From: an uncultured Oscillibacter sp.
Lineage (GTDB): Bacteria > Bacillota > Clostridia > Oscillospirales > Oscillospiraceae
Reading direction: 5' to 3'
NCBI GenBank assembly: GCA_949959305.1
Contig: CATLJA010000003.1
Span: forward strand, 11,999 to 75,998
Length of the DNA: 64,000 nucleotides
Positions 57,670 through 64,000 of the stretch are shown piece by piece. Made by a program: the position numbers and the translations under genes. A model generated the notes under the pieces. The model worked only from the letters and a program-made list of their open reading frames with translations. It did no database searches and was not told where the DNA came from. Each line of letters starts with the position of its first letter. Position 1 is the stretch's first letter.

Positions 57670-58830
57670 ATGGCAAAGCGCAGACCGTCCGGCGACGGCA
57701 TGGTGCGCAGGCGGGAGGACGGACGCTGGGAGGGCCGCATCGTAGTGGGCCACAAGGAGAACGGCGACTCCATCTTCCGGTACGTCTCTGCCAAGAGTCA
57801 GAAAGCCCTGATGAAAAAACTGCACCGGAGCATCGAGGAGTACCGGGATGTGGATCTGAGTGAGGACAGCCGGATGCCGCTGGGGGACTGGCTGGACCGC
57901 TGGCTGGAGGAGTACGTCTCACCCACGGTGCGGGAGTCCACGCTGAGGGGCTACCGCCAGTATATCGAGTGCTACATCAAGCCCCGTCTGGGGGACAGGC
58001 CGGTGTGCAAGGTGACCGCCGCCGACGTGCAGGCCCTGTACCGGGAGGTGCAGAAGAATGGGCGCAAGACCGAGCACCCCGAGTACGGGTACGCACTCTC
58101 CGGCTCTACCATCCGCAGCCTCCACGGTGTATTCCACCAGGCCATGGACGCGGCGGTGCGGGAGCGGCTCACAGCGAGAAATCCCACCGAGGGCGTCACG
58201 CTCCCCAAAAAGAAAGCCTCTGCCAAGCAGATTCTCAACGATGAGCAGCTGGAGCGGTTTATGGCGGAGATCAAAAAGGACCCGGTCTGGCACGACTTCT
58301 TCTACACCGAGCTGACCACCGGGATGCGCCGGGGTGAGATCTGCGGCCTGATGTGGTCTGACTTCGATGAGAAGAAAGGGACGCTGACGGTGCGCCGGAC
58401 GCTCCACCAGCGCAAGGGCGGCGGGCTGACCACCGGCGAGACCAAGACGGGAAAGGGTCGGCGCACCATCACCCTGCCGCCCAGCACGGCTCAGCTACTG
58501 CGGGAACGGAGGAAAGGCTCCTGCTCCCAGTGGATCTTCCCCAATCCTCTCTGCCCGGAGGAGCCGGTCAATCCCGGCAGGGCCTACAGCCGCCTGAAGA
58601 CCCTGCTGAAAAGTGCCAGTCTGCCCGGCATCCGGTTCCACGACCTGCGCCACACCTTCGCCACTCACGCCCTGACCAGCGGTGTGGACGCCAAGACCCT
58701 CTCCGGTATCCTGGGTCACACCAGGGCGTCCTTCACCCTGGACACCTACACCCACGTCACTGGGGATATGCACCGCCGGGCGGCGGAGATCGTGGGCGGC
58801 TTTCTGGACGACATCATGGTGAGGGGGTGA
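57670..58830 (+). CDS. Tyrosine integrase 1
   Basis: N-terminal RREDGRWEG arm-binding domain; TGMRRGE, HDLRH, LGH, YTH. Confidence 0.93.
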   Translation: MAKRRPSGDGMVRRREDGRWEGRIVVGHKENGDSIFRYVSAKSQKALMKKLHRSIEEYRDVDLSEDSRMPLGDWLDRWLEEYVSPTVRESTLRGYRQYIECYIKPRLGDRPVCKVTAADVQALYREVQKNGRKTEHPEYGYALSGSTIRSLHGVFHQAMDAAVRERLTARNPTEGVTLPKKKASAKQILNDEQLERFMAEIKKDPVWHDFFYTELTTGMRRGEICGLMWSDFDEKKGTLTVRRTLHQRKGGGLTTGETKTGKGRRTITLPPSTAQLLRERRKGSCSQWIFPNPLCPEEPVNPGRAYSRLKTLLKSASLPGIRFHDLRHTFATHALTSGVDAKTLSGILGHTRASFTLDTYTHVTGDMHRRAAEIVGGFLDDIMVRG

Positions 58831-58834
58831 GGGT

Positions 58835-60268
58835 ATGGCAAAGAAGCGGAAGAAAGGCGAGGGCACTCTGCGGCAGAGGAAAGACGGCCGCTGGGAGGGC
58901 CGTGTGGTAGTCGGCTATGACAGCAACGGCAATCCCAAGACAAAAAATGTGCTGGCTAAAAGTAAAAAGGAGTGCGCCGAAAAGCTGGAACAGCTGAAGA
59001 CAGCTCAGGGCGGTTCCGGGCCGGTGAAGGTCGGGGCAGAGATGCGTCTCGGGGACTGGCTGGACTTCTGGTATCAGAACTATTCCAAGCCGGCTCTGCG
59101 GCACACCACCCAGCTGAATTATGAGAACTGGATCTACCTCCACGCCATTCCGGGAGTGGGGGATATCCCCCTGAACAAGCTGTCCCAATCCGACCTCCAG
59201 CAGTTCTTCACCGAGATGAAAAAGGGCGGGCGGCTCAACAACGTGGAGCGCCACGGTGCGGGGATGGCAGACCGCTCGGTGCGCAGCTGTCACGCGGTGT
59301 GCCAGATGGCGCTGGACCGGGCGGTAAAGGAGGGCCTCATCCGAACCAACCCGGCCATCGGCTGTAAGCTGCCACCCCTGCGGGAGAAAGAGATGAGGAT
59401 TCTGAGCCGGGAGGAGATCCAGCGGTTTCTGATCCAAGCCAAGGCGGAGAGAATGTACGAGCTGTTCCTCCTGGAGCTGACCACTGGGATGCGCCGGGGT
59501 GAACTGCTGGCCCTCCAATGGTCTGACTTGGACTTCAAGACCGGCAAACTGCGTATCAACAAGCAGGTGTATTCCGTCAACGGTAAGCTGGAGATCAACG
59601 AGCCGAAGACCAAGGCCGCTGTCCGCACCGTCATCCTGCCGCCCGCCATGGTGGAGCTACTGGCGGAGTACAGGGCGCAGATCTTCTCGGAGTGGATGTT
59701 CCCCTCCCGCATCAAGCCGGAGCAGCCCGTGGATCCCGGCTATGTCCGAAAGCGCCTGCAAGTCATTCTGGAGCGGGCGGGGTGCAAAAGAGTGAGGTTC
59801 CACGACCTGCGGCACACCTTCGCCACCATGTCCCTGGAGAACGGGATGGACGTGAAGACCCTGTCCGCCATCATCGGCCACGTCTCGTCGGCCACCACGC
59901 TGAACATCTACACCCACGTCACCGACGAGATGCAGAGGAATGCGGCCCGGAACATCGACCAAGGCATCGTCGGGGCGGAGGTGGAGGAAGAGCCGGAACG
60001 TGAGGAAGCCGCTCCGCCTGTAACCTTCACGCCGTACCGTCCCCCACACCGCAGGCCGGGGACAGGGTGCATCAGCCAGATCAATGACCACCTGTTTGAG
60101 GGCCGCTACTCGCCCAAGTGGATCGACGGCAAAAAACACGCCCGCAATATCTACGCTCACACCCGCGAGGAGTGTGAGGAAAAGCTGGCGGCGCTGATCG
60201 TCCAGATGAAGCGAGAACTGGCGGAGCTGAAAGCGGCGCAGGCGGTAGGGACACCCTCCAAATATTGA
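58835..60268 (+). CDS. Tyrosine integrase 2 with extra C-terminal arm-binding-like domain
   Basis: RKDGRWEG; TGMRRGE, HDLRH, IGH, YTH; C-terminal RRPGTG...EGRYSP...IYAHTREECEEKL. Confidence 0.93.
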   Translation: MAKKRKKGEGTLRQRKDGRWEGRVVVGYDSNGNPKTKNVLAKSKKECAEKLEQLKTAQGGSGPVKVGAEMRLGDWLDFWYQNYSKPALRHTTQLNYENWIYLHAIPGVGDIPLNKLSQSDLQQFFTEMKKGGRLNNVERHGAGMADRSVRSCHAVCQMALDRAVKEGLIRTNPAIGCKLPPLREKEMRILSREEIQRFLIQAKAERMYELFLLELTTGMRRGELLALQWSDLDFKTGKLRINKQVYSVNGKLEINEPKTKAAVRTVILPPAMVELLAEYRAQIFSEWMFPSRIKPEQPVDPGYVRKRLQVILERAGCKRVRFHDLRHTFATMSLENGMDVKTLSAIIGHVSSATTLNIYTHVTDEMQRNAARNIDQGIVGAEVEEEPEREEAAPPVTFTPYRPPHRRPGTGCISQINDHLFEGRYSPKWIDGKKHARNIYAHTREECEEKLAALIVQMKRELAELKAAQAVGTPSKY

Positions 60269-60374
60269 GGTGCCATATCCAATGAATAGGGTGGCAGGCC
60301 AAAGCAACAGCCTGCCGCCCCCAAATTTTCTGAAGGGCTGTGGTTCAAGCAAGTCGTTTGCTAAGTGAGAATAA

Positions 60375-60720
60375 TTGACAAATATTTTTTACCTGCTATA
60401 ATTAGTTCAACAAGTGCTCTTACATATTTTTAAGTGCAAACTTTTCATAGAACGAGAGTATGAAAATATGCCCTGGAAAAATCTTGAGCATTTGAAAAAT
60501 GTAAATAGGGTAAACTTTGGAACTATCAGTCCCTACCAAATTCTCGTTAAGAGGTTGAGAAAGTAGTTGTGTTTGACTTATAGTAGTCCCCTATTGTTCC
60601 AATGCTTTACACCACAAATTCGAGCCAATGAAATTATCGTTGGTCTTGTTTTCGTGCGTGTAAAGCAATTAGGAGAAAGTGACTGCAACCACGCACAAGC
60701 AAGAGTGCGTGGTTTTATTT
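60375..60720 (+). promoter_or_regulatory. Promoter with ~320-nt structured leader ending in an intrinsic terminator
   Basis: TTGACA(60375)-N16-TATAAT with extended TG; terminator AACCACGCAC/GTGCGTGGTT-TTATTT (60687-60720); competing GTGCGTG at 60654-60660. Confidence 0.6.
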
Positions 60721-60739
60721 GGCTCAGAAAGGAGGAAAA

Positions 60740-60967
60740 ATGAGGACTAAAAAAGTATCAGGCAAAACGCATACACAGGCGCAGCTGGATGATTGGGCCA
60801 ATCAGCACAATCCAAATAATAAGGCATATAAAGCAAGAAGTGATAACCACGCAAAGCAGTTAAAATCCAAGAAGAAAACCCATAGCCAGATACACAATGC
60901 CCAGAGACGTCATAAGGCTCAAATTTGGCCAGACTGGGCACCGGACTATCCAGACTACGATGATTAA
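60740..60967 (+). CDS. Small basic hypothetical protein (ANQHNPNN motif)
   Basis: Strong RBS AAGGAGG; 75 aa, Asn/Gln/His/Lys-rich. Confidence 0.7.
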   Translation: MRTKKVSGKTHTQAQLDDWANQHNPNNKAYKARSDNHAKQLKSKKKTHSQIHNAQRRHKAQIWPDWAPDYPDYDD

Positions 60968-61053
60968 ACAAAACACTCAAATTAACGGCAGGGAAATACT
61001 ATCCTGCGATTGAGGTTTGAATCGCTGTCTGTGGTATTTATGTGGTCAAACAA

Positions 61054-61085
61054 AGAATCACCCCGGTTTTTACCGGGGTGATTCT
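61054..61085 (-). terminator. Hairpin downstream of tRNA-Ala
   Basis: AGAATCACCCCGG-loop-CCGGGGTGATTCT inverted repeat. Confidence 0.7.
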
Positions 61086-61090
61086 CTATT

Positions 61091-61166
61091 TGGTGGACTC
61101 GAAGGGGATCGAACCCTCGACCTCTGCGATGCGAACGCAGCGCTCTCCCAGCTGAGCTACGAGCCC
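61091..61166 (-). tRNA. tRNA-Ala(CGC)
   Basis: GGGCTCGTAGCTCAG...CTGCG-TTCGCAT-CGCAG...GGTTCGATCC...CCA, G3:U70 pair. Confidence 0.95.
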
Positions 61167-61594
61167 AAATCAGCACTTTTTATACAGAAAAAGTTACAGA
61201 TTTTGGATTTCTGGAATATTCGATTTTCGGGGGAAAGTCCAACAAATCGGACAGGAATACAGGAGATGGAAAATCGGGTTGGATGTGACTCGCTATGGAT
61301 GCGAACCGAACGCTCTCCCACACGGAACAGTTATATGCGACACAAATAGGGGGGTAAAAGTGTCAAAACCAGTCGTAAAAAATCAAAAATAGAAGAAAAA
61401 CAGTGTGTGTCTTTGTAATATTAAGGGGTGTTCGTTGCTGAAAACTCAGCATATCGAACACCTCTTTTATTATGGCACCATCGTTTTGGGGATGTAACGC
61501 AGGCGGCAACCAAGCGAGTTACCTCCCCTAAATTACCCCCTCAAAATTGATAAACCAATAATGCCGTAATCTGACCCAAAAGGAGGCAGCAGCC

Positions 61595-62312
61595 ATGCAG
61601 CAGTCTGAACTGCGGACGGGATAAGTCCATGAAGCTGCTGGCCGAGCTGGACACCGGCAAGGGCGTCGGCCTGATTGAGCGGAAGAAGCAGGGCCAGGGC
61701 AAGCCCACCCGGATATATGTCAAGCGTTTCACCACGCAGGAGCTGCCGCCCCAACCTGAGAATAAGCCGAAGCCTCCTGCGCCACCTCCAGCCGTCGATT
61801 ATGACGACGTGCAGAAGTCGGATTTTACGACCCCAAGAGGTCGAGATTTTCAACGTGCAGAGGTCGAGGGAATCGACCCTAATCAAACTAAAAGAAATCA
61901 AATTGATTTTATCCAGCCTGATCCATCCATCTATCCCCCAGCCCCTGGCGGGCGGCAAATGGGGATTGATCGATATGAGCTGAGAGAAGAAATCAAAGAA
62001 AATATTGAGTACGAACATCTGCGGCAGGAGCTTCCATACGACGATGTAGAAAGCCTGTTGGAGCTGATTGTGGACGTGTTGAGCAGTACGGCCTCCACCA
62101 TGCGGATCGGCGGTGAAGTCTTACCTGTGGATGCTGTCAGGCGGCGTTTCCGTCAGCTTGACAGCGAACATATTAAGTACATCATAGACTCCCTGCGGCA
62201 GACCACCACAAAAATCAATAACATCCGGGCCTATCTGTTGACGGCGCTCTACAACGCGCCGATCACGATAGGCCCTTACTATTCCGCCGCCGTGCGGCAT
62301 GACTTTGGGTAA
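61595..62312 (+). pseudogene. RepA_N/DUF6017-type replication initiator with most of the N-domain deleted
   Basis: RBS+ATG at 61595 goes out of frame; downstream frame LNCGRDKSMKLLAELD...GLIERKKQGQGKPTRIYVKRF...NIRAYLLTALYNAP. Confidence 0.7.
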
Positions 62313-62477
62313 TGCGTCTCACCGTGAGACGTATTTTGGGAGGAAAATCAATGCCCGAACACACGATCACGACCGATTGCGTCTGGAGAAACTGGCTGGG
62401 CGGGACGATAGACGGCCTACCCTTTGCCGCAAAAATCTGTGATGTCAATTCTCCATACAGCATCGACAACGGGCGCG

Positions 62478-62510
62478 TGGAGGGGACTTCGTAAGGAAGT
62501 CCCCTCCACA
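62478..62510. repeat. Perfect 14-bp inverted repeat upstream of tnpV
   Basis: GTGGAGGGGACTTC-GTAAG-GAAGTCCCCTCCAC; coincides with the end of a short truncated ORF (62350-62494). Confidence 0.7.
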
Positions 62511-62576
62511 ACTTTTGTGAAGTCAGCCGGGTATGATTGAATTGCAAGGAATTTCAACATATCGGAGGGCTACAAT

Positions 62577-62945
62577 ATGGAAAAGTCGATTTTTGAGCAA
62601 ACGGGTGGAACTTATCGTCAGGAGGGTGACTACCTTTTACCGAATCTCACTGTCCCTGAAATTGGCTCTGTTGGCATATGGGGTCAGCGGCACTTGCGGT
62701 ACATCAAGGAACACCGCAGGGCTTTCTACACCAGTTTGCAGTTGAGTGGCAAGCTGGACAGCTATCTGGCGGACATTGACCAACAGGCAGAAGCCATGTT
62801 CTCCCAATTGGTGGAGCAGATAGCCCAGTGTCAAGGCGTGACGGAACAGCTCAAGGCAAGCGACCAGATGGCATGGGTTGGCAGGATGAACAATATTCGA
62901 GCAGGCGCAATAGAGGTCATTAACGAAGAAATCGTTTGCACATGA
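62577..62945 (+). CDS. tnpV: TnpV family protein
   Basis: GGTYRQEGDYLLPNL, GIWGQRHLRYIKEH, WVGRMNNIR. Confidence 0.9.
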   Translation: MEKSIFEQTGGTYRQEGDYLLPNLTVPEIGSVGIWGQRHLRYIKEHRRAFYTSLQLSGKLDSYLADIDQQAEAMFSQLVEQIAQCQGVTEQLKASDQMAWVGRMNNIRAGAIEVINEEIVCT

Positions 62946-63002
62946 TAAAGCAGGGAGTAATCGTCAAACAATTTACATGTTTGGCAATTACTCCCTTAAC
63001 TT

Positions 63003-63620
63003 TTAATCGAGAAGTTTAATCATGTCCTTGATTTTATCATACAAACATTGGCGGTGGAGTTCAGATGCGATAAAAGGATATTTGGCTTCTAAAAATTGCT
63101 TACTAATATCTCCACTTATATATGCCATTACGATTTCGCATCTTTGGTTTGCCTGGTCCTCGTCATTAAGGTGAAGAATTTGGATGGTGTTCTTTGCTTT
63201 GCCCTTTTCTGCGGGCGTCATGTCGCTCCGAGGTTTTATCAAGCATGAAGGAAAGTCAATGGTTAAATCTCCATTATGTATCATAAACGGATCAAGAACA
63301 ATTTTATCGCCTTTGTAATTGTTCATTGTCTGCGTTGTTAATCTGTAGTTATCCCATTCATATGCTTGCTCTGGATGCATGCTTTTGGGATAAAAATGAT
63401 CAACCGATACAACAGAAGTTGTCTTAGAAAACCACTGTCCGCAATAAGCACATATCCCTCCATAGGCTTGATAGAGTTCTACGCTACATCGGTTCCAGTA
63501 ATTATGTTTGCTCCAGTCTTTGCTTTTGGGATTAGGGCATCTCTGCAAAAATAAGTTTCCGGGCTGCCTAACTCTGACATCAAACTCAGAAGGCTCCGGT
63601 TTTAAATCTACATGTATCAT
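63003..63620 (-). CDS. HNH endonuclease (PtuB-like)
   Basis: CAYC, VDHFYPKS, AYEWDNY, NNYKG; coupled to the ATPase. Confidence 0.78.
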   Translation of the reverse strand: MIHVDLKPEPSEFDVRVRQPGNLFLQRCPNPKSKDWSKHNYWNRCSVELYQAYGGICAYCGQWFSKTTSVVSVDHFYPKSMHPEQAYEWDNYRLTTQTMNNYKGDKIVLDPFMIHNGDLTIDFPSCLIKPRSDMTPAEKGKAKNTIQILHLNDEDQANQRCEIVMAYISGDISKQFLEAKYPFIASELHRQCLYDKIKDMIKLLD

Positions 63621-64000
63621 ATAACCACCCCATGTTGCTCTGCAAAGTATATCCAGCGGGGCCAAAATGGATCATTTTGAGACAAATTTTGAAGTAATTC
63701 CTCGTGCGCTATTTTAACAGCTTCATTTGAAGGACTATCATCAAGCTGAAGCTCTTTGGCCCGACGTATGGCGGTTTCAGCCACAGTAGACCTGGCTTGT
63801 CCCAAATTGAAGATAGGTGATGTTAACCAAGAGTTAATCTGACCATATTTAATAAAGTTTTCTTCTGTCAAAATTGCATTTGCTGTGTCAATGTCCAGCT
63901 TTAATTGAAACAGTTTATCACTTTCGTTTTTAAAGATGGCCTCAGCAGATGCCATGACCAATGGAGAGTGGGTTGCAATCATGAATTGTACTTCCAATTG
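63617..64000 (-). CDS. C-terminus of an ABC/AAA_21-type ATPase (PtuA-like), partial
   Basis: QFMIATHSPLV H-loop motif; overlaps the HNH gene. Confidence 0.75.
   Translation of the reverse strand, partial: QLEVQFMIATHSPLVMASAEAIFKNESDKLFQLKLDIDTANAILTEENFIKYGQINSWLTSPIFNLGQARSTVAETAIRRAKELQLDDSPSNEAVKIAHEELLQNLSQNDPFWPRWIYFAEQHGVVI

Larger units (their letters stand above)
43098..61141. mobile_element. ~18 kb integrative element at tRNA-Ala(CGC) with tandem tyrosine integrases and RM cargo
   Basis: Partial tRNA direct repeat, shared GTCTGTGG..TGTGGTCA motifs near both ends (43254, 61027), integrases next to the tRNA, GC shift. Confidence 0.85.

Noticed and set aside
60400-60967. Type III toxin-antitoxin or retron ncRNA
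   Set aside because: No tandem antitoxin repeats, the ORF does not resemble ToxN/CptN/TenpN, and no reverse transcriptase lies in the window

Overview
GC-rich, spore-forming Clostridia chromosome, most consistent with Oscillospiraceae (inferred from gene content and codon style). The core part (1-43 kb) holds an argG-H-C-J-B-D operon with an ARG box, secreted and envelope proteins, SOD, SpoIIE, two two-component systems (one kinase frameshifted), an [FeFe]-hydrogenase, an ECF sigma/anti-sigma pair, carAB with a DapF-like domain fused to CarB (one catalytic Cys replaced by Ala), a GerA-family gene, three tRNA-Leu genes and the NifU-like/GGGtGRT pair. Lower-GC inserts carry a Dam plus endonuclease pair and solitary secreted-protein genes. 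An ~18 kb element (about 43.1-61.1 kb) is integrated at tRNA-Ala(CGC). It has tandem tyrosine integrases and an SOS-box-controlled excisionase operon. Its cargo includes an expanded CglI/NgoAVII-like restriction-modification locus: an intact PLD nuclease, a Z1 helicase, Vsr, a second PLD with a broken HxK motif, a free specificity-like domain, a C5 methyltransferase and a controller. Beyond the tRNA lie a decayed RepA/TnpV element and an ATPase+HNH (Septu/PtuAB-like) pair. The main novelty candidates are (1) a recurring structured leader-RNA motif (TAC[C/A]AAAT...TGTGTTT inside a closing stem, tied to terminators) seen three times in accessory DNA, (2) the RM locus with three specificity-like domains and (3) the CarB-DapF(Cys>Ala) fusion. 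All assignments come from motif recognition by eye; no searches were run.
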